Part shown: one piece after another, positions 11,160 through 19,905 of the stretch
Position numbering within the stretch: the stretch's first letter is position 1
Layout: the number at the start of each line of letters is the position of its first letter
Program-made: the position numbers and the translations under genes
The notes under the pieces: model-generated
Seen by the model: the letters and a program-made list of their open reading frames with translations, nothing else
What the model was told of the DNA's origin: nothing
Databases searched by the model: none
Source: Oscillospiraceae bacterium
GTDB lineage: Bacteria > Bacillota > Clostridia > UBA1212 > SIG427
Direction: 5' to 3'
Assembly (NCBI GenBank): GCA_015069135.1
Contig: SVJE01000002.1
Span: forward strand, 105,953-169,952
Length of the DNA stretch: 64,000 nucleotides

Positions 11160-11188
11160 GAGCGGGATTAACTCCCGCTCAAATTTTT
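11160..11188. terminator. Bidirectional intrinsic terminator (GAGCGGGA...TCCCGCTC)
   Basis: GC-rich hairpin flanked by T-runs on both strands, lying between convergent genes. Confidence 0.6.
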
Positions 11189-11193
11189 ACCAT

Positions 11194-11904
11194 TTAATCT
11201 TCTTTAAGTATTGCTTTGCTTACAAACAAAGCAGTGCCTTCACCACCGGCCTTATCAATATTTTCTTTAAATCTTTCGTCAGCAATATACATCTGACCCA
11301 AACCCTGAAGAATTTCCGGGGTACAGGTATAATAGTTATCGGTGATGAAAGTCTGAAGCTTATTGACCAAAACCTGTGCTTCTGAAGAAAGGGGAGAAAG
11401 TTCCTTTATTTCTCCAAATTCTCTGAATATATCCATAAAGGCATCGATTCCGCCAGAGCCACCATTACTTCCTTTTTTCTCATATTCTTTGTAAGCCTCA
11501 GTATTTCCCCAACGCTCCTTAGCTTCTTCTTTATACTTATTAAATTCCAAATTGTTGAAAGTTGAAAAATCCATAAAATTTACTCCTTGTTCTTGTAATT
11601 TTTCTGCATGAGAAATTATACTATCCAATCGTGCACGCTTAAGCTTAAGTAGCTGAATCTGTTGTAAGAGAACTTTACTATGGTCAAAATTCGGTGTATC
11701 AAGAAATCTTTTAATTTCTGCCAAAGAAAAATCAAGCTCCTTGAACAGTAAAATGTTCTGTAATCTTTTAAGCGCTTTCTCATCATACAATCTGTAACCT
11801 GCTTCTGTAACTTTAGTAGGTTTCAAAAGCCCGATAGCGTCGTAGTGATGCAGTGTACGCACTGTTACACCGGTAAAATGACTTACTTCTCTTACTGTTT
11901 TCAT
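11194..11904 (-). CDS. MerR family transcriptional regulator (TipAS-like C-terminal domain)
   Basis: N-terminal HTH MKTVREVSHFTGVTVRTLHHYDAIGLL. GGAGG RBS 7 nt upstream of the ATG at 11904. Confidence 0.75.
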   Translation of the reverse strand: MKTVREVSHFTGVTVRTLHHYDAIGLLKPTKVTEAGYRLYDEKALKRLQNILLFKELDFSLAEIKRFLDTPNFDHSKVLLQQIQLLKLKRARLDSIISHAEKLQEQGVNFMDFSTFNNLEFNKYKEEAKERWGNTEAYKEYEKKGSNGGSGGIDAFMDIFREFGEIKELSPLSSEAQVLVNKLQTFITDNYYTCTPEILQGLGQMYIADERFKENIDKAGGEGTALFVSKAILKED

Positions 11905-12041
11905 ATAAATTCCTCCTTGCACATTATAGTATAAACTATTACGTTAGGGGAGAGTCAAGTGGGTATTTACAAAACAAAAATCACGAAATTGGGGTTTTTT
12001 AGTGTGGTGTGTAAAAGCGTTAAGCAAATTAGAGCAATCTG

Positions 12042-12087
12042 TTGACAATTACGATAATATCGTATATCGTATATACGATATTATCGT
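12042..12087 (+). promoter_or_regulatory. TTGACA -35 element followed by a 37-bp operator palindrome (perfect 16-bp arms ACGATAATATCGTATA / TATACGATATTATCGT) overlapping the -10 region of the higBA-like operon
   Basis: Read directly from the sequence. A palindrome at this position is the usual arrangement for TA autoregulation by the antitoxin. Confidence 0.5.
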
Positions 12088-12107
12088 AGTAGTAAAAGGA
12101 AAAACAA

Positions 12108-12371
12108 ATGATAAGAGAATTTATTTACACAAAAACATTCAGAAATTCGTGGATAGCTATGGGTTTGAATGATGAAGACTTAAAAGATTTGGAAGATATA
12201 CTGTTGGAAAATCCTCAGATCGGCAATGTAATTCAAGGCACAGGCGGAGCCAGAAAAATGCGCATTCAGTTAAATAGCAAAGGGAAAAGCGGTGGTGGCA
12301 GAGTAATATACCTGGATGTTTTTGAAAAAGAGAAATTATATTTAATTTATGCATATCCTAAAAGTGTTTAG
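12108..12371 (+). CDS. higB: RelE/ParE-superfamily toxin, HigB/Gp49-like; ends at an in-frame TAG, and 21 further in-frame codons continue to 12437
   Basis: GGARKMRIQLNSKGKSGGGRVIY...LYLIYAYPKSV resembles HigB/Gp49 toxins. The gene order is toxin first, then an XRE antitoxin. AAGGA RBS. Confidence 0.55.
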   Translation: MIREFIYTKTFRNSWIAMGLNDEDLKDLEDILLENPQIGNVIQGTGGARKMRIQLNSKGKSGGGRVIYLDVFEKEKLYLIYAYPKSV

Positions 12372-12441
12372 GTGGATTTATCTACTGACCAGAAAGAAGC
12401 AATCAGAAAAATAATAGAACAAATAAAAAAGGAGTAATTTT

Positions 12442-12801
12442 ATGTCTGAATTACATTTTGAATCTTTACTAAGCTTAGAAGAAATAGAAGAAAATTTTAA
12501 AAAGCAAGATCCTTTTGAAGAAATTATGTCGGGCTTTGAAGAGGCTCTTGAGTTTGAAAAAGGAACAGCTTCTTCTGAAACAATTTCAAGAAAAAGAGCA
12601 TTACCTGTTGTAGATGTATATAAAGTCAGAGCGTCTCTTAATATGACACAGAAGAGCTTTGCAGAAGTATTAGGCGTTTCTACACGAACTGTAGAAGCTT
12701 GGGAATGTGGGAAATCAAATCCTACACCTACGGCAAAAAAACTAATATATCTTGTAAAAGAGGATAATACTTTAATAGAGAAGTTAAAACCAAAAGAATA
12801 A
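12442..12801 (+). CDS. higA: XRE-family HTH antitoxin (HigA-like)
   Basis: NMTQKSFAEVLGVSTRTVEAWECGKSNPTPTAKKLI HTH. AAGGAG RBS. The gene lies immediately downstream of the toxin. Confidence 0.65.
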   Translation: MSELHFESLLSLEEIEENFKKQDPFEEIMSGFEEALEFEKGTASSETISRKRALPVVDVYKVRASLNMTQKSFAEVLGVSTRTVEAWECGKSNPTPTAKKLIYLVKEDNTLIEKLKPKE

Positions 12802-12804
12802 AAT

Positions 12805-12840
12805 AAAGGCTTGCTCAACGATTTTGAGCAAGCCTTTATA
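12805..12840. terminator. Bidirectional intrinsic terminator (AAAGGCTTGCTCA...TGAGCAAGCCTTT)
   Basis: Perfect 13-bp stem with A/T runs on both sides. Confidence 0.7.
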
Positions 12841-12845
12841 CTTAT

Positions 12846-14762
12846 TTATTTCGAGATTACAACTCTTTCACCAAGCATTTTACCTGAAGCTGATATTTTA
12901 CCATTCTCAGAAACTTCCCAGCCATCGGTGCAAACGCTGATGTCATAGCAAGAACCGGAGATGCGCACTTTCTTAAGAGTCATTTTACCAATACCTTTTG
13001 GGAGTGCCGGAATAAATGAAAAACTGTTAAGACTTTCCGGTTGAATTGCAAAGAGTCCTTCGGTAATAACTCGCACAAACAAAGCACTTTCTGCAGAAAG
13101 CTGACGTTTTGCGCCTTCCGGATAGGCTTCTACGGCATAAGGCACACGGTCACAAACCAAGCGCTTATGACAGTAACGAAGCAAGGGCGCGGTCATGATG
13201 TCTCCTGCACCGCACAAGAAAGCACACTTCATACCATAGAGAGTAGCTCTGTCCCAGATAGTATCGGAAAGATTTTCTTCTGAATGTTCACAGGAAAGCA
13301 TGCCTTCTTCTGTCCAGAGATACGAGGAAAGCATAGCATCCAATGTTTCTTTTGCACGAGTGTTAATTCCCATACAAAGAGGCAGACAAATCCAGGCTCT
13401 TAATGTATCAAAACCTTTAGAATATCGGTATGTATTAAAGCCGTGAAGATTTGCACCAAAATATGTTTCTATGGCTTTTTCAAGTTCAAGTGCACGGTTG
13501 CGATAAATATTTGCTGTCTCCGGATCACCTAAAGAATCCGCCAGTTTAGCGGCAAAGGTTAAACCGCCGTAGCAAAGACAAGATGTGGAAAGATTAGCTT
13601 TTCCGTCAGTAGGGAAGCGCCCTTCCAATTCATCAGAGTCAGAACAGATAACACCTTCCGGTGATTTTTGTCTTTCACAATATTCGGCACACCATTTTAG
13701 AGCAGGGTACATTTTACGGGCAACTTCTTCGTCACCTAAGTAAAGGCAGAAAAGTGAACCACCGTAAAGATACATGGCAGCATCACCTCTGTCACCGGCA
13801 CCTTCCCAGATATCCAGGCCTTCTGCAATTATGGAAGAAGGAAGCCTGTGATATGTATCGGACATAAATGATGTGAATGTGGTATACGCATTAAGAGCAG
13901 CTTCTATGGATATGCTATCACCGGTCATAGCGGCATGGGGACCAACATATTCAGCCTGGTCATTACACCAGATGGCTGCATAGTAAGTCTGACCTCCGGG
14001 ACTCTGATATTTACCTGAAAGCGTTTCAAATATACTTTCTCCGGCACGAAGTTTTGCAAATCTTGTCATTAAGTCAAGCTCTTTGTTGTCAGTTTCCAAA
14101 ACCAGATTGTCATCACAAAGTTCCTGTATTCTTTTCTGGCGTTTTTTTAGTTCATTGGCACCGTTTGGGAGAGGTTGCTCTTTGCCTGAAATAAAAGCGG
14201 TACAGTAAGTTGTATAGGTAAAGCTCTCACCTTTAGAAAGTCGGATTGCCTCAGGTGCATCATGATATATTTTACAGACATAAACGCCTTTTGTTCCTCT
14301 GCTGTAGGAATGTGTGCGATTTCCCGGATGTGAAAGGGACAGCTCCAGGTCTTCCTCTGCCCATATTGTTGTGATTTCAATACCAAAGGCTGAGTCTGTG
14401 GCAGTAAAAAATTTACGTTCTGTGGTAAAATTTTCATTTGTTCTGCATTTTACCTTAAGAGTTCCGTCAAAGTTAAATGATGTGGGGTACTCTGTAACAG
14501 GGCTACCGTCTTTAATTATCTCTGCCCTTTGTTCCTGAGGGACCCTGAACCAAAAAGTTGCGTGGGTGTCGTTGGGAATAGTGCGAAGCATGGGGAAAAA
14601 GAAAATTTGTGCAAGTGAAAGGCTTCCGTCTTCTTTTACTCCATAGGCTGTTACTGAATCGCAATAAAGTCCGCTCATTTCAATATCGTCCTGATGGACT
14701 TGATCGGGAAGAATATCCCACTGTATAGAATCATCTTTTATATTCCAGTATTGTTGTGACAT
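12846..14762 (-). CDS. Uncharacterised ~638-aa cytoplasmic protein, probably a carbohydrate-active enzyme (alpha/alpha-toroid-like glycoside hydrolase or lyase); paralogue of 28731..30638
   Basis: No signal peptide. Blocks shared with the paralogue include FFPMLRTIPNDTHATFW, GPGGQxYYAAIWxND(E/Q)AEY and DIWE(A/G)xGDxGDAxMYLYG. The family assignment is an inference. Confidence 0.35.
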   Translation of the reverse strand: MSQQYWNIKDDSIQWDILPDQVHQDDIEMSGLYCDSVTAYGVKEDGSLSLAQIFFFPMLRTIPNDTHATFWFRVPQEQRAEIIKDGSPVTEYPTSFNFDGTLKVKCRTNENFTTERKFFTATDSAFGIEITTIWAEEDLELSLSHPGNRTHSYSRGTKGVYVCKIYHDAPEAIRLSKGESFTYTTYCTAFISGKEQPLPNGANELKKRQKRIQELCDDNLVLETDNKELDLMTRFAKLRAGESIFETLSGKYQSPGGQTYYAAIWCNDQAEYVGPHAAMTGDSISIEAALNAYTTFTSFMSDTYHRLPSSIIAEGLDIWEGAGDRGDAAMYLYGGSLFCLYLGDEEVARKMYPALKWCAEYCERQKSPEGVICSDSDELEGRFPTDGKANLSTSCLCYGGLTFAAKLADSLGDPETANIYRNRALELEKAIETYFGANLHGFNTYRYSKGFDTLRAWICLPLCMGINTRAKETLDAMLSSYLWTEEGMLSCEHSEENLSDTIWDRATLYGMKCAFLCGAGDIMTAPLLRYCHKRLVCDRVPYAVEAYPEGAKRQLSAESALFVRVITEGLFAIQPESLNSFSFIPALPKGIGKMTLKKVRISGSCYDISVCTDGWEVSENGKISASGKMLGERVVISK

Positions 14763-14780
14763 TTTTGCATCTCCTTATTT

Positions 14781-15836
14781 TTATATAATTCTTTTTTCTT
14801 TAGGCAATAAATTTTTTACATTAAAAGTATAATCATAAGTGTATTCCGGGGTTACGCTGATAGTAAAGTTTCTGAAACGAAGACCTTTAATATCAATGCG
14901 GTATCTGCCGCCGGGTACCCAACTGTTATTATCTTGTTCTTCCTTATGCACTTCATAATTCTGAAGGGTATATCTTTCACCGTATTTTGCATCTGTTCCT
15001 TTCATTTCAATACAAATACCGTACTCGGTGTCAGGTAATTTCTCCGGAATTACAAATTCAATTGATTCATCATCTACATATACAATGCTGTCAAAGAGTT
15101 CCTTTACAAATGGGGTGAGCTTTTCCATGGCAGCCTTTTTCTTTTCTTCTCTTTCTAATTCGTTCTTGTAAAATACAATTCGTTCAGCTTCCTGATAGGG
15201 AAGTCTGCCATCGTCATCATCTAATTTATAATAAGTGGTAAAAAGTCCGTGGTCAATTGCAACAGCTTTATTATCCCATAAAAGGCAGGTGACTTTTTTT
15301 CCGTCCTTCATGGTAAACTCCATTATGTATTCTTTTGTGTCTTCGTCCCTGATAATAAATTCATTTATAGTATAGGAATATTCGGAGGAATTAAGGCGTG
15401 TACATAAATCATCAAGAAGTTCGGTTACTTCAGTTGAATCCCTATTGCTTATACCATCAGCCCTTATACGTGAAACAGAAACGGAAGCTACTTTTTCTGT
15501 TACAGGAAATTTGGGGTTTGCGGGAAATTGGAGGCAAATTATCAGTAAGAGAAAATTAAGCACAGCGCCGGCAAGGGCAACTTTAGCATAGCTTTTTGCT
15601 CCGTATATCTCAGCTTTATCTTTTTTTCTGGCAATAAGTAAAGCAACTACTATACCCGGTAAAAGGTATTTCAGGCAAAACATAACACCTGCCCACACTG
15701 ACTCCAGCGCTACAGCAAAAACTCCCATAAGAGCAAGTATTGGCACCAATAAAAAAAGAAGAATAAAAATCATTGGTAAGCTCCATAAATCAATGAATGT
15801 TAAGGTTATTATATCAAAGTAAGGGCAGAGGAACAA
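14781..15836 (-). CDS. Hypothetical membrane protein (N-terminal TM helices plus an extracytoplasmic domain), co-oriented upstream of the paralogue A gene
   Basis: N-terminal hydrophobic helices; no recognisable catalytic motif. Confidence 0.3.
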   Translation of the reverse strand: MFLCPYFDIITLTFIDLWSLPMIFILLFLLVPILALMGVFAVALESVWAGVMFCLKYLLPGIVVALLIARKKDKAEIYGAKSYAKVALAGAVLNFLLLIICLQFPANPKFPVTEKVASVSVSRIRADGISNRDSTEVTELLDDLCTRLNSSEYSYTINEFIIRDEDTKEYIMEFTMKDGKKVTCLLWDNKAVAIDHGLFTTYYKLDDDDGRLPYQEAERIVFYKNELEREEKKKAAMEKLTPFVKELFDSIVYVDDESIEFVIPEKLPDTEYGICIEMKGTDAKYGERYTLQNYEVHKEEQDNNSWVPGGRYRIDIKGLRFRNFTISVTPEYTYDYTFNVKNLLPKEKRII

Positions 15837-16251
15837 CTGTTATGTGTAGGCCATAACTATTATTCAAACGGAATTTTGTTGATATAAATTTTACATGGAC
15901 AGGTTGGGTGTGTAATGTCGGTTTTAGTGTTTATGTGGTATAATTAAGTAGTAGGCTAAATTTTCCATCAAAATGTTTATGAAGTGCATCGGCGCTGTGT
16001 TTTAAATATGATTTTTTACTTTAATACAAAGAAGCTACTCTTTAATTTATTACATTGATACTTCAATTAGTGTATTAAAAATTCTTTTAGACGAGATTGA
16101 TGTTTGCAAAAACTATTGATGAGAGAATTACTTGCCGGTGTGTAAGTTGTTATCCTGAGGTAGCGGATAGTTCTTGTTGCTGCAAGTGGGAATTTACTAT
16201 TTTTTGATATAATTAATTAAATAAAATTGAAACCTAAAGGATCTATATTAT

Positions 16252-17028
16252 ATGGGAGATGTTTTAATAAAAATACTTGTGTGCTTTATAGCTGGTGCTG
16301 GAGCAGGTATCGGAACGGGTTTTGCCGGTATGAGTGCAGCTGCCGTTATAGGACCTATGTTAATAACCTTTTTGGGTGTTCCTGCTTATGATGCGGTTGG
16401 TATAGGACTTATCAGTGACGTTTTAGCAAGTTCTGTCAGTGCATACACCTATAAGAAAAGCGGAAATTTGGACATTAAAAACAGCTTACCCTTGTTGGTG
16501 AGTGTTCTGGTTGTAACAATGATCGGGAGTTTTGTGGCAAGCTTTCTGCCGGAACAGGCTATGAGTGGTACTATGCAGATAGCTTTGATTATAATTGGAT
16601 TACGATTCATATTAAAGCCTGTCAACAAAACGAAAGAGCAACTGGAATCTACATCGCCCAAAAGTAGATTAATAAAGGCGATTGTCGGTGGTATATTTGT
16701 TGGATTTATATGTGGCTTTGCAGGCGCCGGTGGGGGAATGATGTTGTTGCTTGTCCTGACCTCTTTTCTGGGTTATCCCATGCACTTGGCAGTTGGAACA
16801 AGTGTGTTTATCATGGCTTTTACGGCTTTTACCGGTGGCATGAGTCATTTTATGATTGGTGGGTTTCCTGACATTCTTTGTCTTGTGCTTTGTGTTGTAT
16901 TTACATTGATTTGGGCAAGAATTGCGTCTAAAATTGCCAACAAGGCTAACGCAAAAACCTTAAACCGTGTGGTGGGTATTGTTATGATAGTTACAAGTAT
17001 TGTTATATTGGCGGTTAATTATCTTTAA
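16252..17028 (+). CDS. TauE/SafE family sulfite/anion exporter (DUF81)
   Basis: Duplicated 4-TM halves with Gly-rich helices (GAGAGIGTGFAGMSAA...). Confidence 0.65.
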   Translation: MGDVLIKILVCFIAGAGAGIGTGFAGMSAAAVIGPMLITFLGVPAYDAVGIGLISDVLASSVSAYTYKKSGNLDIKNSLPLLVSVLVVTMIGSFVASFLPEQAMSGTMQIALIIIGLRFILKPVNKTKEQLESTSPKSRLIKAIVGGIFVGFICGFAGAGGGMMLLLVLTSFLGYPMHLAVGTSVFIMAFTAFTGGMSHFMIGGFPDILCLVLCVVFTLIWARIASKIANKANAKTLNRVVGIVMIVTSIVILAVNYL

Positions 17029-17082
17029 ATAGTATATGAGTCAGAAATCTGAAAAAACTCTCCTTGCTTTATACAAAAAAAT

Positions 17083-17115
17083 AAAAGGATATGTCAAAGG
17101 ACATATCCTTTTATT
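17083..17115. terminator. Bidirectional intrinsic terminator (AAAAGGATATGTC-loop-GACATATCCTTTT)
   Basis: Perfect 13-bp stem with T-runs on both strands. It terminates tRNA-Pro on the minus strand and the TauE gene on the plus strand. Confidence 0.7.
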
Positions 17116-17191
17116 TGGTCGAGGTGACAGGATTCGAACCTGCGGCATCTTGCTCCCAAAGCAAGCGCGCTACCATCTGCGCTACACCTCG
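17116..17191 (-). tRNA. tRNA-Pro (anticodon UGG)
   Basis: The reverse complement gives CGAGGTG-TA-GCGC...anticodon loop TTTGGGA...GCAGGTTCGAATCCTGT-CACCTCG-A-CCA. It has a 7-bp acceptor stem, a T-loop GGTTCGAATCC and an encoded CCA. Confidence 0.9.
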
Positions 17192-17269
17192 TAGAATAGT
17201 CGTTGCCTCAGCAACGGACTACATTCTATCATACTTTACAGATAAAAGTCAACTGTTATTTAATATTTA

Positions 17270-19054
17270 TTAATTGTTTTCTGCCTGTATTTTTTCCCAA
17301 AGCTCATTAAGATACAACCATCTTTCCATTTTCTCATCCAACTTACATTCCAAATCCTTTTTTTCAGCCAGTAAATTGTTAAGAAGCACATAGTCAGAAC
17401 CGGCTGCAGCAATTTTACCGTCATATTCTTCCAACTGTGATTCCAATGTAGCTACTTCTTCATTTATGGTTTCAAACTCACGTTCTTCTTTGTATGAGAA
17501 CTTAAGCTTTTTAACCCTTTCCGGTCTTGAACCTTTAGGAGTTACAGGTTTATCTCCGTTAACTGAAGGTTCAAGTTCTTTCTTTTTACTGATATAGTCT
17601 GTGTAGTTTCCTGTGAACTGAGAAATTTTACCGTTTTCACCAACTTCAAAAATTTCTGTAGCAATTTTATCAAGAAAGTATCTGTCATGGGAAACAGCGA
17701 TGATGGGTCCCGGGAAGCCCTCCAGATATTCTTCAAGGATTCCCAGAGTTTCAATATCCAGATCGTTAGTAGGCTCGTCTAACAAAAGTACATTTGGAGC
17801 AGACATAAGAATACCCAAGAGATAAAGGCGACGTTTTTCCCCACCGGACAGACGACCAATCAAAGAATGTTGCATTTCACCGGTAAAAAGAAATCTCTCC
17901 AACATACGTGCTGCAGTAAAATTCCCCTCCGGTGTAGTAATTTCTCTTGCAATGTCATTTATATAGTCGATAACTTTCTCGTTTTCAGGTAAATTTTTAT
18001 TTTCCTGAGTAAAATATCCTATTTTAACGGTAACACCCATATTCACCCGGCCTTCATCCGGTGGCAATACTCCGGATATGATGTTAAGCAAAGTACTTTT
18101 ACCGATACCGTTGCGCCCCACAATTCCTATACGATCGGTTTTCAACAAGCCATAAGAAAATGGAGAAAGTACTGTGTTGCTGTCAAAGGATTTACAAACA
18201 CTATCCAGCTCAATGATTTTTCGACCTAAGCGGGAAGTGGCAGCGGTTATTTCTACACGACCGTCTGTTTCAGGGGCATCCATGGACTTAAGATTTTCAT
18301 ATCTTTCAATTCTGTCACGGCTTTTGGTTCCCCTGGCACGGACACCACGGGAAATCCACTCATATTCTTTACGAAGGAAAGCCTGACGTTTTCTGAAAGA
18401 GGCCTGTTCCATTTCAGCGCGCTGAGACTTAAGCTCTAAGTATTTTGCATAGTTAGCCTCATAAGAATAGAACTTTCCGCGCTCTAATTCTGTAATACGA
18501 TTAACTACTCGGGTAAGAAAATACCTGTCGTGGGTAACCATAATAAGGCCACCGGTAAAATGTTTAAGATAATCTTCCAACCAATTTATCATATTGGTAT
18601 CCAAATGGTTGGTAGGCTCGTCAAGTATAAGGATTTCTGCCGGGGCAACTAAAACTGCAGCCAGGGCAACACGTTTTTTCTGGCCGCCGGAAAGATTTCC
18701 GATTTTTAAAGTTGTATCATCAAAACCTAATTTGCTTAAAATGGTTTTGGCCTCATATTCTTTAAGCTGTCTGTATTCATCGGAGAGATTGTCAAAAACT
18801 TGTTGTAGTATGTTGTTCTCCGGATTCATAGGAGGGTTTTGTTGCAAGAAAGAAAGCCTGGCGTTGTTACCTCTTGTAACTGTACCACTGTCAGGTTCTT
18901 CTACTCCTGCCAAAATTCTAAGCAGTGTGCTCTTACCGGTGCCATTGATACCAAGAATACCGATTTTATCCCTTGGTTCCAAATAAATATTGGCATCGTC
19001 AACCAGCTGTCTTAATCCATAATTTTTTTGTATATTTTTAGCTGTAAGAAGCAT
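17270..19054 (-). CDS. ABC-F family ATPase (two tandem ABC domains, C-terminal coiled coil; Uup/EttA-like translation factor)
   Basis: Two Walker A motifs (GINGTGKST and GRNGIGKST) and two LSGGQ/LSGGE signatures. No TM domain. Confidence 0.8.
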   Translation of the reverse strand: MLLTAKNIQKNYGLRQLVDDANIYLEPRDKIGILGINGTGKSTLLRILAGVEEPDSGTVTRGNNARLSFLQQNPPMNPENNILQQVFDNLSDEYRQLKEYEAKTILSKLGFDDTTLKIGNLSGGQKKRVALAAVLVAPAEILILDEPTNHLDTNMINWLEDYLKHFTGGLIMVTHDRYFLTRVVNRITELERGKFYSYEANYAKYLELKSQRAEMEQASFRKRQAFLRKEYEWISRGVRARGTKSRDRIERYENLKSMDAPETDGRVEITAATSRLGRKIIELDSVCKSFDSNTVLSPFSYGLLKTDRIGIVGRNGIGKSTLLNIISGVLPPDEGRVNMGVTVKIGYFTQENKNLPENEKVIDYINDIAREITTPEGNFTAARMLERFLFTGEMQHSLIGRLSGGEKRRLYLLGILMSAPNVLLLDEPTNDLDIETLGILEEYLEGFPGPIIAVSHDRYFLDKIATEIFEVGENGKISQFTGNYTDYISKKKELEPSVNGDKPVTPKGSRPERVKKLKFSYKEEREFETINEEVATLESQLEEYDGKIAAAGSDYVLLNNLLAEKKDLECKLDEKMERWLYLNELWEKIQAENN

Positions 19055-19126
19055 TTTTTTCTCCCTGAAATAATATATATATTCTGTATTTTACCACTCC
19101 GGAGGTATATAGTGCAAACCTGGATC

Positions 19127-19702
19127 ATGGAACTTATTGATAGCTACGGATATTTTGCCATTGCCGCTTTAATAGCGGTTGAAAACATTTTTCCTCCAAT
19201 ACCTTCGGAGGTTATTTTAACTTTTGGTGGTTTTCTTACAACATACACATATATGACACCTGTGCAAGTGATTTTATGGAGTACGGTGGGGTCTTTGATT
19301 GGTGCGGTGGTTTTGTATTTTTTGGGATGGAAACTTCCTCCTGAGCGTATTGGTAAAATGCTTCGTTTTTCTACTGAAGAGGTAGCCGGAGCACAGCAGT
19401 GGTTTTTAAGAAGGGGACAGGTAAGTGTGCTCCTTTGCAGATGTGTCCCTATAATGAGAAGCCTGATTTCTGTTCCTGCAGGTATGACACGTATGAATAT
19501 GGTGAAGTTTTTTATATTAACAACCGTAGGCTCTGCAATCTGGAATACGGCCCTGATTCTTTTGGGTGCAGCAGCAGGGGAGTCCTGGACTATGATTGTG
19601 GAGTATCTGGGAGTGTATAGCTGGGTTGTGGCTGTAGGGTTGTCAGTGGGGATAGCGGTAATAATGATGGTCGTGGTGAGAAAGAAATTTAAAAAGAGCT
19701 GA
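19127..19702 (+). CDS. DedA family membrane protein
   Basis: The motif YGYFAIAALIAVENIFPPIPSEVIL is diagnostic of DedA/SNARE-associated proteins. Confidence 0.7.
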   Translation: MELIDSYGYFAIAALIAVENIFPPIPSEVILTFGGFLTTYTYMTPVQVILWSTVGSLIGAVVLYFLGWKLPPERIGKMLRFSTEEVAGAQQWFLRRGQVSVLLCRCVPIMRSLISVPAGMTRMNMVKFFILTTVGSAIWNTALILLGAAAGESWTMIVEYLGVYSWVVAVGLSVGIAVIMMVVVRKKFKKS

Positions 19703-19707
19703 CAATT

Positions 19708-19764
19708 AATGATATGTACCCTCCTTACTGGTTTGTCCAGTAAAGAGGGTACATATCATTTTTG
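19708..19764 (+). terminator. Intrinsic terminator (16-bp stem AATGATATGTACCCTC / GAGGGTACATATCATT with a nested inner hairpin)
   Basis: Long perfect stem followed by TTTT. Confidence 0.6.
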
Positions 19765-19905
19765 AGCCAGTCTTTTTGTGTATATGAACCAATCCATTAC
19801 TGAAATTATACTTGAATTATATATACGGCTTTGATAGAATGACATAAATGGAGTAGACGGAAACAATCCGCATAGTTAAATAATTGTTTTTTAGGAGGTT
19901 GTACA

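Noticed and set aside
15938-16251. Possible riboswitch in the ~300-nt leader of the TauE/SafE gene (extended -10 TGgTATAAT at 15938-15946)
   Set aside because: I could not match it to any riboswitch consensus I know (TPP, SAM, c-di-AMP, Mn, fluoride). I leave it as an ordinary long leader.
17091-17273. 60-aa plus-strand ORF
   Set aside because: It overlaps tRNA-Pro and its terminator, so it is non-coding.
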